Counted from the first letter of the stretch, positions 34,148-44,010 are shown. The stretch: 64,000 bases of DNA from Lachnospiraceae bacterium (GCA_017619635.1 JAFZRZ010000064.1:20707-84706); one strand, 5' to 3'. Notes: generated from the sequence alone by a model not told the origin. Numbers and translations: made by a program.

Positions 34148-35599
34148 ATGAAATGCCCAAGATGCGGTCATGAATTGGGAGAAGGAAATCTTTACTGTGA
34201 GAAATGCGGTGAAGAGGTTCAGTACGTTCCCGATTTTGAGCCTGAGATAGAAAACAGCATATTGGATGTCATGAATGACGTTGCGGAACAGATATCTCCC
34301 GAGGGAAGAAATGACAGTCCCAGAAGAGACAGGGACCCGATAGAGGAATTTGAGCCTGATCCCGAGCCTGAAAAAGCAAAAGATGTTGTCGTCATAAGAA
34401 AGAAAACGTTCTTTGTAACGATAGCCATTGCAGGGTTACTCATAATCTCGTGCATAGGACTTATCTGCTTTTACATGTTCAGGGACAATTCATATGATTA
34501 TCAGATGAAGTGCGCAAGTAAAGCACTGGCTGCATCAGACTATGCGCTTGCGATAGATCATTATGAAAAAGCATTTTCTCTTAACAGGGACAATACAGAG
34601 CCTTTGTTTGAGATAGGAAAGGTCTATGAGCTTTCCCAGAATCTTCCGAAGGCAGAGGAGATCTATGGTAAGATAATATCTTACAGCAATGATCAGGATG
34701 CCATAGATAAACTGATACAGATCTATATCAGCGAGAAGAAATACAATGATATCAATTCGGTACTCATGAACTACGCTGATGAAGATATGCAGTTAAAGTA
34801 TATAGATTACATGGCAAAACCTCCGGCATTCTCTCTTGAGGAAGGCACATACGAGGATGTTATGGAGCTGGAACTCATACCGTCCATAGAGGGAAGCATA
34901 TATTACACGCTTGACGGATCGGAACCCGGAAGTGACTGTCTGCTTTATACGGAGCCTATCGTTTTAAGAAACGGAACCTATAAGGTGAATGCGGTATTTG
35001 TTAACGGCAACGGTATCTGTTCACAGATAGTCGGCAGGACTTACGTGATAGATACGGATGTACCCGATGATCCGATAGTTATGCCGCCTGACGGTTCATA
35101 CAGTGTTCCGCAGCTGATAACCCTTGCTGTACCGCCCGGAGTAAATGTCTACTATACGACTGATGACAGCAGACCTACAACGATGAGTGCCATCTATACT
35201 GATCCGATAGCGATACCTTTGGGAGACAGTGTATATCATTTCATCGCGGTAAGTGCTTCAGGAACAGAGTCAAATGAGATCATATGCAGATATACTCTTG
35301 ATGTCGATACCAGGGTCTCACAGGAGACAGCGATAGACATCGTTGCTCAGAGACAGTTCGAGATAGGAAGGGTAGAGAGCATAGACGGATCGGTGCCCGG
35401 AAGCGAAGGCAAGTATATGTATGCTTACAGCGAACTGAGATATGTTCAGAACAGAACGCTGTATTTTATAAGTGAGTATTATCAGGAAGGAACTATCAGA
35501 ATGTCGACCGGTAACATTTTTGCGGTGGATGTGTATGATGGCCACCTATATCAGGCCGTGGCAGGAAGCAATAATACTTATACATTGAGAGATTTTTGA
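34148..35599 (+). CDS. Zinc-ribbon / single-TM / TPR-like protein with two chitobiase-hexosaminidase-C-like (Ig-like) domains
   Basis: N-terminal zinc ribbon CPRCGHELGEGNLYCEKCG and TM helix FFVTIAIAGLLIISCIGLICFYMF. The segments FSLEEGTYEDVMELEL...IYYTLDGSEP and PPDGSYSVPQLITLAV...VYYTTDDSRP resemble CHB_HEX_C_1 domains. Confidence 0.65.
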   Translation: MKCPRCGHELGEGNLYCEKCGEEVQYVPDFEPEIENSILDVMNDVAEQISPEGRNDSPRRDRDPIEEFEPDPEPEKAKDVVVIRKKTFFVTIAIAGLLIISCIGLICFYMFRDNSYDYQMKCASKALAASDYALAIDHYEKAFSLNRDNTEPLFEIGKVYELSQNLPKAEEIYGKIISYSNDQDAIDKLIQIYISEKKYNDINSVLMNYADEDMQLKYIDYMAKPPAFSLEEGTYEDVMELELIPSIEGSIYYTLDGSEPGSDCLLYTEPIVLRNGTYKVNAVFVNGNGICSQIVGRTYVIDTDVPDDPIVMPPDGSYSVPQLITLAVPPGVNVYYTTDDSRPTTMSAIYTDPIAIPLGDSVYHFIAVSASGTESNEIICRYTLDVDTRVSQETAIDIVAQRQFEIGRVESIDGSVPGSEGKYMYAYSELRYVQNRTLYFISEYYQEGTIRMSTGNIFAVDVYDGHLYQAVAGSNNTYTLRDF

Positions 35600-35617
35600 T
35601 TGTTAAATTATTAACTC
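35600..35617. promoter_or_regulatory. Candidate Rex operator upstream of nfnAB
   Basis: TTGTTAAATTATTAACTC compared with the clostridial Rex consensus TTGTTAA-N4-TTAACAA gives left half 7/7 and right half 5/7. It lies 80-97 nt upstream of ATG 35697. Confidence 0.5.
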
Positions 35618-35696
35618 AGCTTTTTGTTGATTTTTTTAACATAGTTTTATAAACTATATTTTGTGTTTTTGTATTTTTGTACTGGTTGGAGGACAT

Positions 35697-36572
35697 ATGT
35701 ATAAGATTATTGATGCAAAAGAATTGGTTCCCAATATATACCAAATGATCGTTGAAGCCCCCAGAGTGGCTAAGAAATGTGAGCCCGGACAGTTTCTCAT
35801 CGTAAGAACAGGTGAGAACAGTGAGAGAATACCGCTCACGATCTGCGATTATGACAGAGAACAGGGTACCGTAACGATAGTATTTCAGACTATCGGCGCT
35901 TCTACAAAAGAGATGGCAGAATTAAAGACCGGCGACAGCTTCCATGATGTTGTAGGTCCTTTGGGAAGGCCGAGTGAACTGATAGATACACCCGTTGATG
36001 AATTAAAGAAAAAGAATATCTTATTTGTTGCCGGCGGAGTAGGAACAGCTCCAGTATATCCTCAGGTTAAATGGCTGAGTGAGCACGGTGTCATGGCTGA
36101 TGCCATTGTCGGTTCTAAGACCAAGGATCTTCTTATTATGGAAGAAGCAATGAGTAAGGTTTCAAACCTCTATGTTACCACTGATGACGGTTCTTACGGA
36201 AGAAGCGGAATGGTAACAAAGGTTATAGAAGACCTTGTTGGCGAAGGAAAGAAATATGATCTTTGCGTAGCAATTGGTCCTATGATAATGATGAAATTTG
36301 TCGCTAAGCTTACAAAGGAGCTTGGTATACCTACCATAGTATCCATGAATCCTATTATGGTTGACGGAACAGGAATGTGCGGTGCATGTCGTGTTACCGT
36401 TGGCGATGAAGTTAAGTTTGCATGTGTGGACGGTCCTGAGTTTGACGGTCATCTCATCAACTTTGATGAGGCAATGAAGCGTCAGCAGTTATATAAGACA
36501 GAAGAAGGCCGTAAACTGCTTGCCGAGACCGAAGGTGATACACACCACGGCGGATGCGGTAATTGCAATTGA
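35697..36572 (+). CDS. nfnA: NfnA-type subunit (sulfide/dihydroorotate dehydrogenase-like FAD/NAD-binding protein with 2Fe-2S)
   Basis: GGAGG RBS before ATG 35697. It has a ferredoxin-reductase-like fold (RIPLTICDY, VAGGVGTAPV) and the C-terminal Cys cluster GTGMCGACRV...FACVDGP. Confidence 0.78.
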   Translation: MYKIIDAKELVPNIYQMIVEAPRVAKKCEPGQFLIVRTGENSERIPLTICDYDREQGTVTIVFQTIGASTKEMAELKTGDSFHDVVGPLGRPSELIDTPVDELKKKNILFVAGGVGTAPVYPQVKWLSEHGVMADAIVGSKTKDLLIMEEAMSKVSNLYVTTDDGSYGRSGMVTKVIEDLVGEGKKYDLCVAIGPMIMMKFVAKLTKELGIPTIVSMNPIMVDGTGMCGACRVTVGDEVKFACVDGPEFDGHLINFDEAMKRQQLYKTEEGRKLLAETEGDTHHGGCGNCN

Positions 36573-36591
36573 TTGTGATCAGGAGGATATT

Positions 36592-37977
36592 ATGGACGTT
36601 TTAAAGAAAGTTCCTGTACGTGAACAGGATCCGCAAGTCAGAGCAGGCAACTTCGATGAAGTATGTCTCGGATATAATAAAGAAGAAGCGATGGAAGAGG
36701 CAAGCCGCTGCATCAACTGTAAGAATGCACAGTGCATGAAAGGCTGTCCTGTTGCTATAAATATCCCTGCTTTTGTAGAGCAGGTTAAACTCGGAGATAT
36801 CAAGAAAGCATATGACGTGATATCTGAATCAAGCTCACTTCCCGCTGTATGCGGAAGAGTATGCCCTCAGGAAAGCCAGTGTGAAGGCAAATGTATAAGA
36901 GGCATCAAGGGTGAGCCTATAAGCATTGGTAAGCTTGAGAGATTTGTAGCTGACTATGCTTCAGAGAATGGAATCAAGCCTCAGGCACCCACTGTTAAGA
37001 ACGGCAAGAAAGTAGCTGTTATCGGTTCAGGACCTGCAGGTCTTACATGCGCCGGCGATCTTGCAAAGATGGGTTACGATGTGACCATATTTGAAGCATT
37101 GCATGAAGCAGGCGGCGTACTTGTATACGGTATCCCTGAATTCAGACTTCCCAAAAAGGATGTTGTTGCAAAAGAGATAGAGAATGTTAAGAGTCTCGGT
37201 GTTAAGATAGAGACCAATGTCATAATAGGTAAGTCGATCACGATCGATGAGCTTATGGAAGAGGAAGGATTCGAGGCTGTATTCATTGGATCGGGTGCAG
37301 GCCTTCCCAAGTTCATGGGAATACCGGGCGAGACAGCAAACGGTGTATTCTCTGCAAATGAGTATCTTACAAGAAGTAACCTTATGAAGGCCTTTGACGA
37401 GAAGAGCCCCACTCCGATAAAGAGAGGAAAGAAGGTTGCTGTAGTAGGCGGCGGTAACGTTGCCATGGATGCTGCAAGAACAGCTCTGCGTCTTGGATCT
37501 GAGGTACATATCGTTTACAGAAGAAGCGAAGAGGAACTTCCTGCAAGAGTTGAAGAAGTTCATCATGCAAAGGAAGAAGGCATAATCTTTGACCTTCTTA
37601 CAAATCCTGTTGAGATACTCTGTGATGAGAACGGATGGGTTAACGGTATCCGTTGTGTAAAGATGGAACTTGGTGAGCCTGATGCTTCAGGAAGAAGAAG
37701 ACCTGTTGAGGTTAAGGGAAGCGAGTTTGACATTGAGGTTGATACCGTTATCATGTCACTTGGAACATCACCCAATCCTCTTATCTCAAGCACGACTATC
37801 GGACTTGATGTAAATAACCGTAAGTGTATCATCGCTAACGAAGAAGACGGAAAGACATCAAAAGAAGGTGTTTATGCCGGCGGAGATGCGGTTACAGGTG
37901 CAGCTACCGTTATCCTTGCCATGGGTGCAGGAAAAGCGGGAGCAAAAGGTATTGATGAGTTCTTGTCATCAAAATAA
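36592..37977 (+). CDS. nfnB: NfnB-type subunit (NADPH-dependent glutamate-synthase-small-chain-like oxidoreductase)
   Basis: AGGAGG RBS before ATG 36592; the track start 36520 overlaps nfnA. It has two Fe-S Cys clusters (CINCKNAQCMKGCP, CGRVCPQESQCEGKC) and dinucleotide folds VIGSGPAGLTCAGDL and VVGGGNVAMDAA. Confidence 0.8.
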   Translation: MDVLKKVPVREQDPQVRAGNFDEVCLGYNKEEAMEEASRCINCKNAQCMKGCPVAINIPAFVEQVKLGDIKKAYDVISESSSLPAVCGRVCPQESQCEGKCIRGIKGEPISIGKLERFVADYASENGIKPQAPTVKNGKKVAVIGSGPAGLTCAGDLAKMGYDVTIFEALHEAGGVLVYGIPEFRLPKKDVVAKEIENVKSLGVKIETNVIIGKSITIDELMEEEGFEAVFIGSGAGLPKFMGIPGETANGVFSANEYLTRSNLMKAFDEKSPTPIKRGKKVAVVGGGNVAMDAARTALRLGSEVHIVYRRSEEELPARVEEVHHAKEEGIIFDLLTNPVEILCDENGWVNGIRCVKMELGEPDASGRRRPVEVKGSEFDIEVDTVIMSLGTSPNPLISSTTIGLDVNNRKCIIANEEDGKTSKEGVYAGGDAVTGAATVILAMGAGKAGAKGIDEFLSSK

Positions 37978-37998
37978 TTGATATACGAGGTATGAGCC

Positions 37999-38802
37999 AT
38001 GCCATGGTGCCCCATATGTAAAAATGAATATAAAGAAGGCTATGAGGTGTGCGCAGACTGCGGATGTAAACTCATGGATAGTATCGGCGAGGAGATGACC
38101 GCGTTTTTCGGTCCTGAGAAAGAAGCCGATGCCATAGTTAATTACCTTTCTGAAAACGGTATAGACTATGCTTATAAGAAATACAATAACAGTGACGGTC
38201 AGTATGAGGTCCTTATCCAGAAGAGTAAAAAAGAAGAGATCAGACCTCTCATGAAGAAGTATTTCACTGAGATCTCACCTATAGAGATCCCTGAAATGGA
38301 TGCTGAAGAACCTGTTATGAACGAGCCTCCTGTTAATATCCCGAGATACAAAAAGCCTTCAGAGAGAGCTGCGGAATACAAGAGCGGAGCACAGACACTT
38401 CTTCTTGTGGGTATAGTCGGACTGATCATTCTTGTTCTTGTTGATATAGGCCTGATACCTTTGGCGTTAAGCGGTGAGAGTAAAGTCCTCATAAATATAG
38501 TTATGGGAGGACTCTTCATCATCTTTGTGGTCGTCGGACTGAATTCGGTAAAAACATACAAAAAACTAGTGCTTCAGTCAGGTGAGGACGAGGCGCTGGA
38601 AACAAGCATTCTTGAGTGGTTTGAAAAATCTGTTACATTAGATATGATAACATCAGGTGAGAACAGTAAAGAGAGCGAAGAATCGCTGTATTTTGGCAGA
38701 TTAAAGACCATAAAGGATATGATAGTATCCAACTTTGAAAGCGTTGACCCTTCATTTTTGGAGTATATATCCGATAAAATTTATAACAACTTATTCAAAT
38801 GA
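37999..38802 (+). CDS. Zinc-ribbon membrane protein, function unknown
   Basis: N-terminal zinc ribbon CPICKNEYKEGYEVCADCG and two TM helices (LLLVGIVGLIILVLVDIGLIPLAL, VLINIVMGGLFIIFVVVGL). I recognise no family. Confidence 0.55.
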   Translation: MPWCPICKNEYKEGYEVCADCGCKLMDSIGEEMTAFFGPEKEADAIVNYLSENGIDYAYKKYNNSDGQYEVLIQKSKKEEIRPLMKKYFTEISPIEIPEMDAEEPVMNEPPVNIPRYKKPSERAAEYKSGAQTLLLVGIVGLIILVLVDIGLIPLALSGESKVLINIVMGGLFIIFVVVGLNSVKTYKKLVLQSGEDEALETSILEWFEKSVTLDMITSGENSKESEESLYFGRLKTIKDMIVSNFESVDPSFLEYISDKIYNNLFK

Positions 38803-38934
38803 TATAATTTTGTGAAAAATTTATAAATATTCTGTTTTTTGATTGAAATTATTATACATTTTTGAATAATTATGATATAATAATTTTACCAAAAAGAAAA
38901 AACGTTATCTTTATTTACGTTTGGGGGTGTTGTT

Positions 38935-39192
38935 ATGGGCCTGTTTGATTTTGGAAAAAAAGAATGCAAGCCGCTTGAAGCCATACTTTTCAGCTTACAA
39001 ATGAATATGTCCAATAACTATAAGGACGCTACTATTTCCGATATGAACAAGCTTGAGACTCTTTATGAGACTTTGAGAAAGAGTGGAGAACTCAATGAGA
39101 AGCAGATGATATATTATGCTGGTATCATTGATGAGTGGCGTGAGAAGACCAAGGGATTTGGATATAAGAATTTTGCGCCTGTAAGGAAATAA
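38935..39192 (+). CDS. Small hypothetical protein (85 aa), probably its own transcription unit
   Basis: GGGGGTG RBS, an AT-rich upstream region, and a strong terminator immediately downstream. Confidence 0.45.
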   Translation: MGLFDFGKKECKPLEAILFSLQMNMSNNYKDATISDMNKLETLYETLRKSGELNEKQMIYYAGIIDEWREKTKGFGYKNFAPVRK

Positions 39193-39201
39193 AATTTTTT
39201 G

Positions 39202-39231
39202 AGGCTGTCTTTAGGACAGCCTTTTTTTTTA
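39202..39231 (+). terminator. Rho-independent terminator
   Basis: AGGCTGTC (39202-39209) pairs with GACAGCCT (39215-39222), followed by a run of nine or more T. Confidence 0.85.
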
Positions 39232-39278
39232 TGCCGATTTTTAGTATAATAATATAGGTTTTTAGGAGTGGATTTACT

Positions 39279-40289
39279 ATGTCAAACAACACGGATGATA
39301 ACATGATCGTTGAACTGGATGTTGATGCCAAACATGCATGCAACATATTCGGTCAGTTCGATGTTCATATGAAGACGATTGAGAAGGAACTGGGGGTCGA
39401 TATTTACTCGCAAAACGGTTCGCTGGTCGTCAGAGGACGTGAATCAGCCGTGAATAATGCGAGGAAGGTAATAAACACTCTTCAGGAACTTTCCAAAAGG
39501 GGAAATGAGATATTGGATCAGAATGTAAATTATGCAGTCGAGCTGGCTGCTTCAAGTGAGAATACGGATGAAATGATAGATATTGATAAGGATATCATCT
39601 GTCATACCGTATCGGGTAAGCCCGTTAAACCCAAGACCATAGGTCAGAAACAGTATGTGGATGCGATCAGGGACAATATGATCGTCTTTGGTATGGGTCC
39701 TGCGGGAACAGGTAAGACCTACCTTGCCATGGCAATGGCTATAACAGCATTTAAAAACGATGAGGTTGAAAGGATAATCCTCACAAGACCTGCAATAGAA
39801 GCGGGAGAAAAGCTGGGATTCCTTCCGGGAGATCTTCAGTCAAAGGTCGATCCGTACTTAAGACCGTTATATGATGCTCTTTATCAGATAATGGGAGCGG
39901 ATTCGTTTTTAAAGAACATGGAAAAGGGGCTTATCGAAGTGGCACCTTTGGCATATATGAGAGGAAGAACTCTTGATAATGCTTATATAATCCTGGATGA
40001 GGCACAGAACACGACTCCCGCTCAGATGAAGATGTTTTTAACACGTATAGGATTCGGCTCCAAGGTTATAGTTACAGGCGATGCGAGCCAGAAGGATCTG
40101 CCTCAGGGGCAGAAATCCGGACTGGATGTTGCTGTAAAGGTCTTAAGCGGGATAGAGGGAATAAAGATGTGCAATCTGACAAGCAAGGATGTAGTTAGAC
40201 ATCCGCTTGTTCAAAAGATAGTAAAGGCATATGACGCCTACGAGAGCAGGCAGTCATCTCAAAGAAAACCGGAAAGGCATAAAGGGTGA
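39279..40289 (+). CDS. phoH: PhoH-family ATPase with N-terminal KH-like domain
   Basis: Contains Walker A GPAGTGKTYLAMA, Walker B ILDEAQN, and GDASQKDLP. Confidence 0.9.
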   Translation: MSNNTDDNMIVELDVDAKHACNIFGQFDVHMKTIEKELGVDIYSQNGSLVVRGRESAVNNARKVINTLQELSKRGNEILDQNVNYAVELAASSENTDEMIDIDKDIICHTVSGKPVKPKTIGQKQYVDAIRDNMIVFGMGPAGTGKTYLAMAMAITAFKNDEVERIILTRPAIEAGEKLGFLPGDLQSKVDPYLRPLYDALYQIMGADSFLKNMEKGLIEVAPLAYMRGRTLDNAYIILDEAQNTTPAQMKMFLTRIGFGSKVIVTGDASQKDLPQGQKSGLDVAVKVLSGIEGIKMCNLTSKDVVRHPLVQKIVKAYDAYESRQSSQRKPERHKG

Positions 40290-40801
40290 GAGTTTATATA
40301 GACAATGCGGTTGAGGCCGTTTTTGATTTTGATCATGAGGCTGTTGCAAATGATGTTTGCAAAGCTGTACTTAATGAAGAAAAATGTCCGTTTGGCTGTG
40401 AGATCAATATAACGATAACGGATGACAATGAGATAAGACAGATAAACAAACAGACCAGGGATATAGATAAGGCTACCGATGTGCTTTCTTTCCCGGGATT
40501 GTTCTTTGAGAGTCCGGCCGTATTTGATGTCGGTGAGATGGACATGTCTGATATTGTTGATCCCGAGAGCGGACTTGTTGTTCTGGGAGATATAGTTTTA
40601 AGTTTTGATAAGATAAAGGAACAGGCCGCTGAATACGGTCACAGTATCAAAAGGGAATATGCGTTTTTGATAACCCACAGTATGCTTCATCTGTGCGGTT
40701 ACGATCACATGACAGAAGACGAAGCATCTGTCATGGAAGAGAGACAGAGACTGATCCTTGACGGATTAAAGATTACCAGGGGAGATAATAATGAACAATA
40801 A
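40286..40801 (+). CDS. ybeY: rRNA maturation endoribonuclease YbeY
   Basis: Zinc motif HSMLHLCGYDH. GTG start with a 4-nt overlap onto phoH. Confidence 0.9.
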   Translation: MRVYIDNAVEAVFDFDHEAVANDVCKAVLNEEKCPFGCEINITITDDNEIRQINKQTRDIDKATDVLSFPGLFFESPAVFDVGEMDMSDIVDPESGLVVLGDIVLSFDKIKEQAAEYGHSIKREYAFLITHSMLHLCGYDHMTEDEASVMEERQRLILDGLKITRGDNNEQ

Positions 40802-42389
40802 AAGACTGTTTGAGTTTATTGACTGTTTGAGCGTTATTTCTTTTTTCATCATATTTTTCAGAAAAGCGGGTGCCACCGGAGCAGGAATATTTGCAGCAGC
40901 CATGTTTTTCTACTATATCCTCTATGTGATCTTTATCGAGGGTGTGGGAAACACAATGGCAAAGATGGTCGCCGTCAGGGTACGAAGGGGCTTTAAGGAG
41001 AATGCACGCAAAGTGTTCGGTTATGTCATGCTGTACACATTCTTTATGGGTGCGCTCATCCTCTTTATTTTCATATCCGCATCAGATTCGATAAGCAGTG
41101 CTATCTTTAAGAATCCCACAGTGGGTGCTGCCATTTGCTTTATCGGAATGCTGTTCTTTGTCCACGGATTCTCTCATAACATCAAATACTACTATATAGG
41201 TTGTGGCGGTAATTCGCTTCAGACGATAGCCGATGTCGTAAGAGATATCATACTGCCGGTGGGTCTTTATTTCACTATTGATAAGTTTACTGAGATAGGA
41301 ATAAAGGTCGCTGCTTTAAAGAATGATGATATACAGGTAGGTGTATATGCGGCTATTGGAGCTGTTCTTATCATCTGCGGAGCACTGTTCATACGTCTTC
41401 TCATTCTTTTGGCTGGGATAAGAGGACTGATAAGACATGATTATTCGTTTAATGAGGTAAGAACGAAGGATGGTTTCAGGACTTTCATGAGAAGCTTCCT
41501 TCCCGAATATATAAGATACATCAGAAAATTCATATTCCCGATCATAGCGATCTTTACGGCAGTCATCGTATTTACAAGGGTTAATTTCCAGCTTGGTGCG
41601 ACTGAAGCCGATGTATACACAAAGCTTGGACTGATCGCAGGTCCCGCAACGGCATTTCTGCTCTTTGGTGTAAGGGCATTTGGCTCTTATGCGACATACA
41701 TATATGCAAAGTTAAAGGCAAGCGTAAAGAAAGAGGACAAAAAGAGTCTCGTTGCAAGATACAACAGTTATGCAAAGAATACACTTATTATAGCTGTACC
41801 GGCATTTGTTGCTCTTTTGGTATTCTCAAAGCCCATATGCACTGCAGTATTTAACTGCCAGGCTGAGGAAGCCTTCTTGCTTGCGGTCGTTGCTGCATTT
41901 ACATTTTTGTTCGCAGCTGTGGATGCGTTCTTCTCTTCGGGACTTAGAGCAACAGGTTATGAACTTGTTGATTTTCTCGGAAATGCAGTCGGATTTGTGG
42001 TTCTTTTGATATATGTACTTGTTGCCGGAAAAAAGGGTGTTCCGGTGATCGCTTATGCGGTCGCTCTTTTGATGTATTACATCGTATCGATGCTCATACA
42101 CGGATTCTACGCAGTAAGCTACATAGGGCTTAAATCATACGATATTGCATCGAAGGCGATCAAGGTGGTTATCGGAGTGGTTCCCATGTTCATACTTGAT
42201 CTTATACTTGTTAAACTCGTTACCATGAACATACCGATCATACTCATATTGCTTATCATAGGATATGTGATCTACTGGACGGTATTTGTTTTGGCGAGAG
42301 GACTGAATCAGAAAGAGCTCACTGCATTGCAGGGTACATTCGTATATTTCCCGTTAAGATTCATCGCGGGCTTATTCCATATTAGATGA
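40791..42389 (+). CDS. Polytopic membrane protein, possibly MOP-superfamily (SpoVB/MurJ-like) flippase
   Basis: 532 aa with about 14 hydrophobic helices. The N-terminal region GVGNTMAKMVAVRVRRGFKENARKVF recalls polysaccharide-biosynthesis/flippase proteins. The assignment is tentative. Confidence 0.45.
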   Translation: MNNKRLFEFIDCLSVISFFIIFFRKAGATGAGIFAAAMFFYYILYVIFIEGVGNTMAKMVAVRVRRGFKENARKVFGYVMLYTFFMGALILFIFISASDSISSAIFKNPTVGAAICFIGMLFFVHGFSHNIKYYYIGCGGNSLQTIADVVRDIILPVGLYFTIDKFTEIGIKVAALKNDDIQVGVYAAIGAVLIICGALFIRLLILLAGIRGLIRHDYSFNEVRTKDGFRTFMRSFLPEYIRYIRKFIFPIIAIFTAVIVFTRVNFQLGATEADVYTKLGLIAGPATAFLLFGVRAFGSYATYIYAKLKASVKKEDKKSLVARYNSYAKNTLIIAVPAFVALLVFSKPICTAVFNCQAEEAFLLAVVAAFTFLFAAVDAFFSSGLRATGYELVDFLGNAVGFVVLLIYVLVAGKKGVPVIAYAVALLMYYIVSMLIHGFYAVSYIGLKSYDIASKAIKVVIGVVPMFILDLILVKLVTMNIPIILILLIIGYVIYWTVFVLARGLNQKELTALQGTFVYFPLRFIAGLFHIR

Positions 42390-42390
42390 T

Positions 42391-44010
42391 ATGTTTAGGA
42401 TTAATCAGATAAAGATATCCGCAGAGATACCTGTGGATGATCACTCCAATATATTAACTGAGAAGATATGCAAGCTTTTAAATATCGATTTTGGGCGGAT
42501 AGTATCTTATGACATAGTCAAAAGATCAATTGATGCCAGAAAGAAAGAGGTCAACTACGTATACTGCATCGATGTACGTGTGAGAAATGAAAAGGCACTG
42601 CATATCAAGAATAAAGATATAATGCATATTGATCCTGAGAAGGGATATTTCTTTCCGTATACATTAAAAAGCGATATCCCGGATGAAAAACGTCCTGTAG
42701 TCATCGGTCTTGGTCCGGCAGGGCTTTTTTGCGCTTATATGCTGGCTAAGGCTGGATTCAGACCGATCGTTCTTGAAAGGGGAAAAAGGATCGAGGATCG
42801 TCAGAAAGATGTGGAGAGATTCTGGGAGACAGGCATTCTCGATACAGGATCGAATGTACAGTTTGGAGAAGGCGGTGCAGGGGCATTCTCGGATGGTAAG
42901 TTAAACACCGTTGTTAAAGACAAAAACGGAAGAAATAAACAGGTCCTTAAGATCTTTGTTGAACACGGAGCCGATAAGGACATTTTGTATGACAATAAAC
43001 CGCATATCGGAACTGACAGGCTGACAAAGATAGTATCTTCGATAAGAAACAGCATAACAGCAATGGGCGGTGAGATACATTATGAATGCAAAGCAGACGG
43101 CTTTGATATCTCGCCTTTAGGTATAAGAGGCGTATCAGCCGGAAAAATGAGTTTTAATACCGAACATGTTGCACTTGCTGTCGGACACAGTGCAAGAGAT
43201 ACCTTTGAGCTGTTAAAAGATCTGAACATACCCATGCAGCCGAAGGCTTTTGCTGTAGGTTTCAGAGTGATGCATCCCCAGTCGGTGATAGACAGCAATC
43301 AGTACGGAGAGGACTATGACAGGCTCGACGTACCGGTGGCTTCATACAAACTGACGCATACCTGTGAGTGTGAAAGGGGAGTTTACTCATTCTGTATGTG
43401 TCCCGGCGGACATGTCGTTAACGCCTCATCCGAAGAGGGAAGGCTTGCAGTCAACGGTATGAGCTATCATGCAAGGGATTCCAAAACCGCAAACAGTGCT
43501 ATAGTCGTCCAGGTGACAGAAGCTGATTTTGAAGGTGATGATGTTCTAAGAGGAATGCATTTTCAACGTAAGCTCGAAAAGAATGCATATGATCTTGCAA
43601 ATGGAAAGATACCTGTTCAAAGATACGGTGACTTTGCAAAGTCTGTTGTCAGTAACACTGCCACTAAAAAAGAACTGCCTGAATTTGAACCTGTTTGCAA
43701 GGGAGACTATGAATATTGCGAATTAAATGGTATAATGCCACAGGTGCTGAATGAATGTTTCGTTGAGGGTATGGAAGCCTTCGGAAGAAAGATAAGGCAC
43801 TTTAATGATGCCAATGTGATAATGGCAGGCATAGAGAGCAGGACTTCTTCTCCTGTCAGGATAATCAGAGATGAAGAGGGAAGTTCCAAAGTAAAAGGGC
43901 TGTATCCCTGTGGTGAGGGTGCAGGATATGCCGGAGGGATCACCTCGGCCGCCATGGATGGAATATATATCGCGGAAATGATAGCCGCGGATATCATAAA
44001 AGATATGTAA
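42391..44010 (+). CDS. Uncharacterised FAD-dependent dehydrogenase (COG2509-like)
   Basis: Contains VVIGLGPAGLFCAYMLAKAGFRPIVLERG, GEGGAGAFSDGKL, and the C-terminal CGEGAGYAGGITSAAMDG. Confidence 0.75.
   Translation: MFRINQIKISAEIPVDDHSNILTEKICKLLNIDFGRIVSYDIVKRSIDARKKEVNYVYCIDVRVRNEKALHIKNKDIMHIDPEKGYFFPYTLKSDIPDEKRPVVIGLGPAGLFCAYMLAKAGFRPIVLERGKRIEDRQKDVERFWETGILDTGSNVQFGEGGAGAFSDGKLNTVVKDKNGRNKQVLKIFVEHGADKDILYDNKPHIGTDRLTKIVSSIRNSITAMGGEIHYECKADGFDISPLGIRGVSAGKMSFNTEHVALAVGHSARDTFELLKDLNIPMQPKAFAVGFRVMHPQSVIDSNQYGEDYDRLDVPVASYKLTHTCECERGVYSFCMCPGGHVVNASSEEGRLAVNGMSYHARDSKTANSAIVVQVTEADFEGDDVLRGMHFQRKLEKNAYDLANGKIPVQRYGDFAKSVVSNTATKKELPEFEPVCKGDYEYCELNGIMPQVLNECFVEGMEAFGRKIRHFNDANVIMAGIESRTSSPVRIIRDEEGSSKVKGLYPCGEGAGYAGGITSAAMDGIYIAEMIAADIIKDM

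Noticed and set aside
38810-38827. A Rex-like element TTGTGAAAAATTTATAAA downstream of the zinc-ribbon gene.
   Set aside because: Only the left half-site matches; the right half is 4/7. The region is very AT-rich, so such half-sites are expected by chance.
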